Below, in pieces: positions 25,301 to 42,600 of a DNA stretch of 64,000 nt. The stretch is from Magallana gigas (taxonomy: Eukaryota): the NCBI RefSeq assembly GCF_963853765.1, contig NC_088860.1, positions 32,674,001 to 32,738,000 on the forward strand. The letters are read 5' to 3'. Numbering within the stretch: position 1 is the stretch's first letter; each line of letters starts with the position of its first letter. A model generated the notes under the pieces. It worked only from the letters and a program-made list of their open reading frames with translations. It did not search any database and was not told the origin of the DNA. The translations under genes and the position numbers were made by a program.

Positions 25301-25779
25301 CACGTACGTTTCAAGGTCTTGCAAACCGTCTCCATGCAGCGTTCGTGATAATTGTCGACTAGAACCATTTGCGTGGCTTGTTGAAGGAAGGGAATTTCCG
25401 GCAGCTCTTGGACGGACATTCCATCTATCAGGAGAACCATGAGGGAGAGCCTTCCCGTCTGTAGACACTGTTCCAAAGCTAGATAGGTCTCCAGGGAAAA
25501 GTCAATGTTCTTAGCACTCTCTGATAGAATTAGAAGAGTTTTCTTACTGTTCTTTATAGCCTTTGCAATGTTTTTGTACTGATGTGCCGCCATGGGCGTT
25601 GAGATGGCAGGGCGAATGAATTTTAATTTTAATTGTTCAAAATTGGATAAAATGGTTTTCTCGATTCTATATGCATCCTCTGGCTTGAAAAAGATTGTGA
25701 CGTCACTGTCTTCCATATCCTTCTTCCATTGTGAATCCTCATCACTTGACTCATCACCCGGTGTCGGCGCTTCCGCCAT
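13818..25779 (-). CDS. Tandem TIR-STING-TIR-STING protein, ~733 aa, no transmembrane region. Exons (minus strand): 25779-25308, 24856-24761, 23781-23555, 23219-23027, 22916-22828, 17449-17242, 17087-16830, 16457-16359, 16179-15944, 14241-14034, 13933-13818
   Basis: Exon lengths 472+96+227+193+89+208+258+99+236+208+116 = 2202 nt, giving one open frame; every junction is GT-AG and phase-compatible. STING motifs occur twice: NFAVGMAWSHFAGYLKNILP / FFMLCPLS..DPNV / GRKYTPTIYKV / CAEYPSAL..RRTEVERF..TEELL, and GNVAFGLAWAFHVNYLRHVLP / LLELVPESC / KKVFSCKLYRI / AGEMLTPINAL..GLSKQRMYEQ. These parallel human STING [20 protein letters not shown] / LYILLPLDC / RVYSNSIY / LEYATPLQTL..GFSREDRLEQ. Each STING domain follows a TIR-like alternating strand/helix region. 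Minus-strand AATAAA at 13458-13453. Confidence 0.88.
14273..15504. mobile_element. Putative Kolobok-like non-autonomous element with TTAA target duplication, in TIR-STING intron 9
   Basis: TTAA at 14269-14272 and 15505-15508; short imperfect TIRs GGAGGTTGGCACC vs reverse complement AGAGGTTCGCTCC; very AT-rich interior. Confidence 0.5.
16262..16337. repeat. (CT)n microsatellite about 20 nt from the exon-8 donor of TIR-STING
   Basis: Direct dinucleotide run. Confidence 0.9.
16561..16765. repeat. ~100-bp tandem duplication in TIR-STING intron 7
   Basis: AGATTATTTAC.TCTATTATAAACAGTAAAT.AATTGTTTACACATAAAACT.GTATTTAAAAAATGAAAATTGTCACATATCACACC occurs twice. Confidence 0.85.
16830..17449 (-). other. 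TIR-like domain 2 (exons 6-7)
   Basis: YSKDVCFLYSDSD..IRGFLEDKNIRCSI..VKEARWVCCLISNN..KIVILLKDVDSSYIPNFIQWVTYID matches TIR box1, betaC and the P.FL...tyID end. Confidence 0.82.
18350..18856. mobile_element. ~500-bp hairpin-ended interspersed element, copy A (TIR-STING intron 5)
   Basis: ~80-bp imperfect hairpin centred on ACATAACCCG-TGTTAG-CGGGTTATGT (~18418-18443); the whole element is the reverse complement of 24220-24716. Confidence 0.8.
20098..20938. mobile_element. PIF/Harbinger-type (Tourist-like) MITE, 841 bp
   Basis: TIRs TGCTACGTTCCCACTATC / GACAGTGGGAACTTAGCA; TAA at both flanks (20095-20097, 20939-20941), matching the TWA target duplication of PIF/Harbinger. Confidence 0.75.
21164..22490 (+). 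mobile_element. Helentron/Helitron-N-like element carrying about four ~166-bp Cg170-type satellite monomers
   Basis: 5' AACAAGAGGCC..GGTCACCTGAGT; monomers CTGAACCCCTGACCCAGGGG.CATGAATTTCACAATTTTGGTAGAGG... starting near 21650, 21819, 21986 and 22149; GACGACG/GACGG simple tract at ~22441-22470. Confidence 0.8.
23840..24130. repeat. ~120-bp tandem repeat, about 2.5 copies, TIR-STING intron 2
   Basis: TTTTTAACATA..CATGT.ATTC.TCAAGTTATTTAACAAGAACGT...TTGTGATAGTA repeated. Confidence 0.75.
24220..24716. mobile_element. ~500-bp hairpin-ended interspersed element, copy B (TIR-STING intron 2), inverted relative to copy A
   Basis: TAGTTAATTCATAGCTCTATAGAAACAGCCAGACT... is the reverse complement of ...AGTCTGGCTGTTTCTATAGAGCTATAAATTAACTA; hairpin ACATAACCC-ACTAAC-GCGGGTTATGT near 24623-24649. 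A decayed third hairpin lies at ~26415-26520. Confidence 0.8.
25308..25710 (-). other. TIR-like domain 1 (single exon) of the TIR-STING tandem
   Basis: DSDVTIFFKPED..AIKNSKKTLLILSE..FSLETYLAL..LMVLLIDGMSVQELPEIPFL follows the TIR betaA, betaC-alphaC and betaD-DD-loop pattern. Confidence 0.75.
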
Positions 25780-27112
25780 TTTGAATGGAACTGTTCTATA
25801 TAAATGAAAAAAAAATATAAAATTATCATAGATATATATACTAGTATATTATGGGTTTTTTAAAAAGATGATAAGGATTTAACTTTGTTTAATCTTCTTT
25901 TATGGCTAAGTGTAAAACAAAATCTTAAACATAGTAGTTACGTATTTTCTCTTCTATATAAAATCGGACCAAGCAGCTTTAAGAAATCAAATTGTGTTTA
26001 TACAGCTACTGACACAATTCGTTAAACAAATCGTAGACATATTTATCTATCCCAAATGATTCAAACATTATTCGAATACATTTACCAATAATAAATAAAG
26101 TTTACAGTATCAGATGGAGTAACGTCACATTTTAATGCTTTTAGGGTTATTGATTAGACCTGGATTATTTCATGGTGGACCGAAAGTTTGGGTAAATTGA
26201 GAGTAATTACTGAAATTGCTGTAACTTTCCTTACATGGTAGCATTGGCTGTTCCTTCTATACAACGTACTGATGAAAAATATAATGTACGTTTATATGAA
26301 TCATATATCATCTATGAATAATTGAGGAGAGATTTTTAGCGAGAGATACAATTTTATATTTTTTTTTGGTGGTTCATGCGGGACATGTATGCACATTCAC
26401 ATGTAGCAATCTTTGCAGAAAAAAATTATGTAATCTGCTGTTTAAGCGGGTTTTGTATATTTCGGCAGTGTGAGACTTTCATACTTCCATGAACCGCTAA
26501 AGCATTTATTTGTTTAGATATTTCCTACTTGCATTTCTTTTATCTATCAATATCGGTATTCATTTCAATTATACGAAACGCTTAAAAGCTTCGTTCTAGT
26601 TGCTGCCATTAGGCTGGTAATTAGTTAACGAGGGATTGATATCGACTCTATTCACTGCAGAAATGCATTTCACGTGTTAGACCTATACATGCACATAGAT
26701 CCCGATGGTCGGTAGCTTTGAGAAATGATGCTAAATGATTTTATGCTCAAAAGCGTCCATAAAAATAAATATCCATTACTAAAACCCATTTTATAGCGTC
26801 AATAGACATTTTCATTCCTTACTGAGCAGAACAAAACTTGATTGCAATTGAGCCGCGTACGGTTCTAAAAACGGCCAAAAAAATCTTTGAACTGTGTTTA
26901 GAGAGGTCTAAGGGGTTTTTTTCTTCATTGCAAAAGCTTTGCAATGATTGATTGATAGACAAGAAGCTTTTCCGAGCGTAATATCCGGCTGTGCGACTTA
27001 ATGATAAAAAAAATCTTCGACCGCCAAACGTAAATAGCCATGGAATGTCTACTTCTGCTGACAACTGCAACAGAAGTGAAGGACTTTTGGATGTCACCAA
27101 GTCTGAGATAAA

Positions 27113-33852
<6,740 letters not shown>

Positions 33853-36295
33853 AAAACTTATTATTAAAAAAAAACTGTTCTTTTATACGACAGAGATATT
33901 GTAAACTAATTTGTGTTCCATATTTATGTTCAAATGAAGTATTGTAAAAACATGGTACATATATTTACATATTAAATGTGTGTACATAAAATCCCGGTTT
34001 TAAAGACATGGGGATGTTATATTATCGTCATAACTATGAATTTCATCCTGGTTTTTAAGCATTATATAGACTGTAAAAAAAGATATAAATATGTTGAAAA
34101 AATAATTTTTATTTCATTTACTGAATCGACTTAAGAATTTATATATAGGACATGCTCAACTGCGGGTAATTGAGAATATTATTAAAAAATGTGCATGGGT
34201 TTTCCCTTAAACCAACGAATTTCTTGAATGTCATATTTATAGTTATGACGGATGTACGTTCTTGTGCGATTTAACTAAATCTGTGTATAACAACTGCTTT
34301 TTACAGACCATTAGAAATTTTTAAAAATTTGAATCGTCTAAAGAATGAATGGTGTCCTTTATAAATATACAATAAATATATGGCAAACAAAATATTTCCA
34401 AGAAATACAAAAAAAAAAATTCGAAGAGAAAAACGATGTTTCACGAGTAACCCAAAAATCGGCTATTCTTACAATAAAAAAAATGGAAATTCTAGAAAGG
34501 TCTTACATCTGTCTCCAAAATGTCACAAAACAAAGTAGATATTAACATCAAATGGTTACAGCTTTTATTCCATCAACACATCCACTCAGTGATATATGCT
34601 ATTGATTAAAACATTAAGAAACGCTCAGAACAAATGTTCGCAAATCAGCGCCCAATCATTTGGAAACCCTCGAGGATTACCCATAGTCACTCAGCATCAG
34701 TATGCATAGGATGTCAGAGCCGGCAAACAAGGGGTTTAATAAAATTGTTAATTGTACGTCTTGTGCAATTAGTATTTATTTGCTATTCATGAATAAAACC
34801 GGTCGACAAGTTTTACCAGAAATCGATAAAACAGGGAAGGAGTGGACCAAGTTGAATCAAACTAAGCGCACAGATGATTAAGAGCTGTTGAAAATATTAC
34901 GAATATGTGTTTCCGGTTTGAGAGCGTTTTGGTCCTATTGATTAAGCAATCATTTTACAAGCGTGCTTTGACGTTCCGATAAGTTAATGGCGGCTCCATC
35001 CATCATGTTTATGGAAGCAAATATTGTTCGTGCGCGGTGACAAACAAAAAGTGCTCAAGCATTCCTTCGATATGATCTTCTTGCTTCAACATGGCGGCGG
35101 AAGTTGCTCTCAACTAGCAAATTAGATCCTTTGAAAATCTAGAAATTGGCAGGCAAGATTACTGGAATTAAAACGATACAATTTTCTTCCTTTCAAATTT
35201 CTACAGTCACGATAAGAAAAAGAAACCATTACAGCGTGAAAGCATGAGTAACGAAACTTTTTGATATAATGAAGACGCATCAAGTAAAGCAACTTAACAA
35301 TCAATATGGTTCCTTTACCCATGTTACATGGTACAAATTACGTGTCTTTCGATATAATCCGGATATAATTTCTTTTCCCGTTTTCTCTTTCTTCTGTGTA
35401 TCTTATTTCATATAGCCTTCGATCAAAATAATTATATCTTATCGAATAATTTATACTGTGTTCGTATCTGCAAGTAATCTAACTTAAATAATGACTTATT
35501 TTGTTTCCCGGTAAATTAAAGCTACCCATCTTCCACAAATAAACACATGGTACATGTGCCATCACTGAAATCATCGCTTGCATGTCGAGGCAACATCAAT
35601 ATACTCAATGTAAGCACTAGTAAAAGTAAATGAACATGCGAAGCCTTTGTTTAGGTATAACTATTCTCTGAACATGCAAGCAATCGCAACTTCGTTGGCA
35701 TTTTCGGCAGAGCTCGGATGGTCGGTTTTTTTTTTGGGGGGGGGGGGGTTTGGGGGGGGGGGGGGGTCTTCTGTGTTTTTTATTGTTTTTCGAGGGGGTT
35801 GGGGTTTTTTTTTTTTTTTTTTTTTTGTTTTGTCGTGAGAGACCTGAAAAGCTGCTATTGCTGAAGATGATGTCAAAATACGGTTATACAGTCATTATCA
35901 CAATGTATAAATTTATGTATTGTCACGTTTTAATATACATGTAAAATAAAAAAGTAAAATGTTTGTGAATTTTAAAGCTATATTAAAGCATCTAAGGTCG
36001 CTTTTGTAAGTTTATAGGTTTAAAAAAGAAATGTAAGGTTTATGTTATATACTTTCGCCAATGCAACCTATATCAGTACAGATATCCAGTCAAACATCTA
36101 ACATACCAGTAAATACATGTACACGTAAGCCGATTTTTTAGGCGTATATTACCGGCTATCACAAAGGTTGAAATACTCTAGTACATCACTAATTATGATT
36201 TCATCAAAGTTTTTAAACTTATCATATCTTTTTGACTCACGACTCACTCCAGTCACTATGATAAGATTTATAAGATATAGTTATAAAAATTCTCA

Positions 36296-36298
<3 letters not shown>

Positions 36299-36347
<49 letters not shown>
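36299..36347. repeat. (CT)n microsatellite
   Basis: Direct dinucleotide run. Confidence 0.9.
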
Positions 36348-36350
<3 letters not shown>

Positions 36351-38768
36351 AGATTGTGATGAATGGAACAGAATAGAAAATTTGTCCTTTAATATGGTCA
36401 ATTTAAGGTGAAATTTTTCATTAAAATTATAATTTGTTGGTTAAATAGCTCTTGACTGAAAAGGAAAGGGCGCTAGTTTTACATGTTTATGTTTTACCGG
36501 CTTTTAAATGGATGGTTGAAGAGAAAGGATGAAAAAGATTTTATACTGAAAATTTAATTCAGACATTTAAATGTACATATAAATGTATATAGAATTTGAT
36601 TCTTAAAAATTTCAACAAAAACAAATTTATTGTTTATTCTGTTTCTATGGCAAAAGAAATATTCATCTCGTGACATGTTAGTCTCTTTGTTTTATTCAAT
36701 TTCTTTGATACGTTGGTGACGATTAACGCCAGTTTAGAATTTGATACTTATTCGTGTTGCTATAGAGAGAATTCGATGCAGTTGTTGAACATTTTACGTG
36801 TATGGTTTGCGTTGTGCACCTGGTTAACATATAATTCAAAACTAGACTAAGTACTCCTTCTTTGTTAACCCAGTTGCTCATTACTTAGAAATTTCAACTC
36901 TAAGTGACATTCGATATATAATAGCTTCGATATATTTAAATGTCCCATTTTCTAAACAGAAGTTTCGTAAAATATAACTTGGGGTTGCATGCATATCTAA
37001 TTGGACAATATACTCTTTTTTGGGAGGTTTGAAGAAGAGTTTGTCACAGAGTCAATATTACTTCCACTTCAACACGTCAAGACAAGCGCTGGACACACAC
37101 AAAAAGAATGTAGGTAAAAAAAGACATATCCCAAGTTCTACCCAAGGTTTATGTGCAAATTAATCGGTCATATTCACCCACCATTTTCTTTGTTCGCTCA
37201 AAAACTACACCAGTTTAAAAGGTTGCTCATAGATATATTGGATGCACGCATTCATAGATATTTAAACAGTTCCCATAAGAAAAACCGACCGATAGATTTA
37301 ATAGATCTTATCATTGGAGAGGTATATTGCATATATACACAAAACACATCAAGAAATTGCGAAAAAGATATTGGTTTAAAGCTTTTTATGACACCCCAAG
37401 GAATCTGCTAGTAATGAAGTTTCCGATTTCCATTCCATCTTTGAGTCATGCATTCCGGAAAAAAATATATTTGTCAACTGAAGTTCGGAAAGGATTGAAT
37501 ATTTATAAATAGGGAGGGATACATACACTTTATCATGGCTAAATCACTATTTCGAAATAGAATATTTTATTTCTGAAAATAATCATCTCTGTATTGAAAA
37601 AAAGCTGTATTTATATATTAGGAAACTTCTGGTGCGGAGGCAAAAATTCTTAAAATGAATGTATCTAGTTCCAGATAGATATTTCAGATAGATAACTCTA
37701 TTGAATATTTCGCTGTTTTCTAGTTTAACAAATGGAAATTAGGGTAATAGAGATTACGCTGCCTTCTTTGAACATGTAAGCATTAAGATATCTCACACGT
37801 TGGTAAAAATCGGACCTTGTATTTTAATTGTACAAGCGGCGACCTTAAAGCGAAAACATTTTGGTTCACAGATAAGTATTATTTTAAGAAATTTTGGCCA
37901 CATTAAGAAACATCAGTCACTATGTCAATAGAACCCCCCTCGGAAAGAATGTTTACGAAGTCTATAAATGAATATGTGTGTCCTGACCAAGTCAAACCCA
38001 TTTGGATTCTTAAAAGTCTTTGTAAGTTAGATCAGCCTGTTAAGCCGGTAATCAGCTTTTCTTACAGAATTCGAACCCCTTTTGTCAAATATTTAAAGCA
38101 AATAATGTGCCATTGATAAGATATAAGTAAAGGTCTGAAAGAAACCCGTTAGAATGCATATTCGGTTCTTTTGAAAAGAAACGTACGTGTATTCATTCAT
38201 CTATGAAAAATCGCATTGTGTGTGTGTGCTTATAACAAAAGCAACGAATTTTACGCCCGTGATTTGGTTATGAATTGAATAATCTAATCTTTAAACAATA
38301 TTAAGAGGGGTATTTGAGTGTATAAGCACCAGGTTCCATTTAATATTGGGAGTTTGCATGGAAGAGATTGAATAAATTTACGCTGCGAGAATCTATTGGA
38401 TAAACAGACAACCACGTGTGTATTGGTAGCATTAGACGGTGTACACAACAATACGTGAATAACTCAATGAGCTATCGTTATCGGGAGTGTGCGCGTACAT
38501 ATATTGACTGTGTGTACACATCTACATTTTCAAAAGTTTAAATCACGTAACGAGAGACTATCGCGAACGGAGAACGAGATTCCTGTATTTATCGTGCAGT
38601 GGTAGTCGCTATAGCTGGCGATTTACTTCCTCGGAAAAAATCGGTTTTTCTATCTCTCTCTCTCTCTCTCTCTCGCTATACAACGGACAGAAACACATGT
38701 AATTGATTCAAACGCTGGTTTCACCAATAGAGACCGGGCGTGTATATTAACCGTGTCGAAGGGGGAAA

Positions 38769-39256
38769 ATGTCAGAGGATATCAAAAACATGTCTGAAGA
38801 TCAGGAGCCAGAGAGTTACGACGTATTACTGAGGAATGGCGTGAAACCGAACGATCTCTACAACAACGGGAAACCCACGAAAATGGACTGTCCAAACTTT
38901 AGGTTGGAACTACTACAGAGTGAATATCTAAGACTTAGGAGATATTTGTATGGATTAACAGCGGTTGTAGTGACAGGGATTTTGATACTGATAATTGTGG
39001 TAGCTGTCCTTTTTGGTAAATTAAGTCATGACTTGATTAATCATGAACACAAACCCAAGGTAGGGGAACAGATTTCGGCCATGCTGAAGAACAATGAACT
39101 TTGTGTACCCTGTATGAACATTAGGTCGGGACCAAGTGCGGAAGAGAATGAAATTCTGGACAAATTCGCCAGGAAGTTCGAAGAAAATGTGGAAATGTGT
39201 TGTGTAGAAACTCCATCAGAATTACTGCTGATGTTGGAATTGGTAAGTCAAGTCAA

Positions 39257-39319
<63 letters not shown>

Positions 39320-39442
39320 AGGTAATGTTCAGTTTATAGCATTTTTTATTAAAATCATAGAGTTTCTGTCGAATTTCTAAGGTTCAGTTCATAACATTTT
39401 TGATTAAAATCATAGAATTTCTGTCGAATTTCTGTAACTGAC

Positions 39443-39505
<63 letters not shown>

Positions 39506-39572
39506 AAGGTAATGTTCAGTTTATAACATTTTTGATTAAAATCATAGAGTTTCTGTCGAATTTCTGTAACTG

Positions 39573-39641
<69 letters not shown>

Positions 39642-42600
39642 ATAAGTGCCCTTGAGTTTCTGGTGCACATCCGTTCTGCGACTTCGTTATGTCGCCCTTG
39701 CTGTGTGTGGAATTCTCAGCAGGCGTTCGAAAATCTCTGCAATCCTCTTAGAAACACACACGGGTTAGAAATCTGACATGAAATATGTGTACTTGACATC
39801 AGAGTAAACAAACTCGTGTATATTTCTAAGTTAGAAGTAAAATGTAAATTGCCGTATTTCCCCTTACAGTTTACGCCGTCTCTCTAGCTTTGATACTCAT
39901 AACTTTGAAGTATTTCACAAGTGGGGGCATAAATACTTTAATGTACATGTCATTCCCTTTTTCTTTTCCTGTTTCATTTTTATAGTTGACAGTAACACTA
40001 AATGAAACGGCTTCGGGCAAGCATTTAAACTGTTCGATTCTATTTAAATTTTATGAGCTTTATGATATATCGATATTGATTTCACTGTTTTTCTTAACAT
40101 TAAGTTTGTTTTTTATGAAGTTGATTTCTCCGTTGATAGTTATGCGCCTTGTTTCTTTTTTTTTTTAAATCATCAAAGATACAGTTGCAATGTAGTTGTG
40201 TGCCGTGCTATTTAAATTATTGAATATGAGTCACATTACAGAATAGATATTGTCGTGATTTTAGCGTGGAAATTGATATAGAAATTGAACTCACGAAGTC
40301 CGTGATAGATTTTCACGAGTGTCAACTTATCCCGAGCAGCCCGTGCAGTTGCTGTTTTGGGCGTTGACTTTTTTTTTCCCGTGGACTCCCGGCTTAATGT
40401 ATATGTCAGGGTGCCTCAATATTGTTCTTGTAGGATAATCCTTAGCTGGTCATTGATCGTACGTTGATCGTAAAATTTTAACGAGGTTTTCGCCTTCATA
40501 AAACGGAACTTTCCCCCCTCTTTTATCTTACATCTAAACATACTTAACATTTATAAAGCGACCACTCTTTAATGTTCATTAGAGTTTTGCCTTGTTTTGT
40601 AAATGTCACTAATAGGTTTTTTAAGTTCATGGACCCCTATTTATGAAGCAGTTTGTATAATGAAACTATGGGGAAAAAATCACGAATTAGTCACAAATTG
40701 GGCATGGTAAATATGAAATCCCCTGACATTATTAAAGTGATGGTGGCGAAAAATTGCCAGTCAATATGGAAGGACTTTATTATTTTCACGGGTGTTGACA
40801 GCCAGATTCGTTAGGGGTTTGCCAATTGAGTATAGCTGCCAGATTAATCAATCGCAACCTTTTCATTCTCGGCTTCAGACAATAGGGGAGGATCGAAACA
40901 GGCTGTAATGAGGCGGCCAAGCAGTGATTGTCTATCCAAATACTGTATCTTGTAAATCCATTATATAGTGTTACTACATGTATCAACCGAAAAACAAAAA
41001 CCACACATTGATTCAGCTTAGCAGCAGCACGTGTTAATAATCGAACTGCTTCTATATTACACCAATGAACGTATTGGCGAATTTTTGTTTGAACTGGTCA
41101 ATAGCTTTGAATAAAGAGGGGGGAAAACGGATATTTTAACTGGGAAAATAGAACATGAAAGAGAATATGGAATATTGCAGACATGCACCATCAGTTTTTC
41201 TTGGTTTTCAGATATCATGTGTGTATATTTCGTCAGTAACTGCAGCTTTAAATCTGTATAAAAATCTGCGAGTTTTCATGTGTCTGTATTTATAGCGACA
41301 GACGATTGCTTGCATCTAGACGTATATCTCCAATAAAAACCTTTATTTTTACTTTAAATGCAGGAAAGATTACAACAGTCTTGTCAATAAAACGGACTGA
41401 CATACGATAAAATTGCAACCTGTCTTTCTTTAATGTGGCGAATCAATACTTAAATATCAAAATGTCTACCCAATTCAAACAAACGTTCTCAATTTATATA
41501 ACGGCTTACTTATCTCAAACTACAGCATATGCGTGATTGATATGCAAGTTTTCTGATATAAAACAGACTGAAATTTGCCTCAAATTTTGCTCCCCATCTG
41601 TTTTTCGACGCTTTGATTATGGCGTGTTGAAAAGCGGTTAAAAATGAAGCAATATTTGTTGATTTTAAAACAAACGCAATAACCCAGAAAAAATAGAAAT
41701 TTTTCAAGTTAATATCACATGTTTCCAAAGCAAATTAATAATCTACATTTCCTGCAACCAGACAAGTTTGATAGGATAATGTAATATACATAGCACGTCG
41801 GCCTCTGTTCGTGATTAGCATGTGTTGCCGCATATCTCAAAATATGTTACAGATCACAATATCGCTACATAAAGGAGTTAAAAACAAAGAGATGGTCTAT
41901 CTGCAACATGCACAAACATTTGCATTATAAATAGATTAGATTAACAGGCGAATTAAGAAATTGCCACCAACATCTTTTCACAGTTGGTTTGCAACACTCT
42001 CGTTTCAATGCAGGTATATTATGAAATTCTTTGGTACACAAAACTCTAAATACGGGGCACAACCTTTTGTGTTTGAAATCTTTGGGTGCAGGCTAATGGG
42101 ATAGGAAATTTAAAACTAATAATGACAGGAGGATTGAAAATGTGGGTGTTCAGTTTTGCGATGTCACAGAACTAATTTTAAAAGACTTTTTAAATAGTTT
42201 GACATGTATCTACTTGTACATGACCAGCTACTTATTTAATCCCGTATTTCCGCGATGATCCCATTTTAACCAGTAGTATACATGATTAATATATCACATA
42301 ATGATAATCTATTACACTACATTATGTTAATCCGATGTAAGAATTAATCCAATATACTTTTTGTACTTAAATGAAGAGACATATTCATTTTGATAAAAAG
42401 GAGAAGTGTCACCTTTTAAGTTAAAGATAATATGGATTCATCCAATAATCCGATGGATTATAAGGATTAACATTGACATATTACAAACCGTTTTGTTTAT
42501 TATAAGGGCTTACGCATAAATACGTTATGTCTAACAGTATTATAATGTGCTTTCCTTAATATTCCATTTCAAATACACGGAACTCAAATGACGTGTCTAA

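Noticed and set aside
35647-35944. Overlapping Gly/Phe/Pro/Lys-rich ORFs
   Set aside because: Products of poly-G and poly-T tracts.
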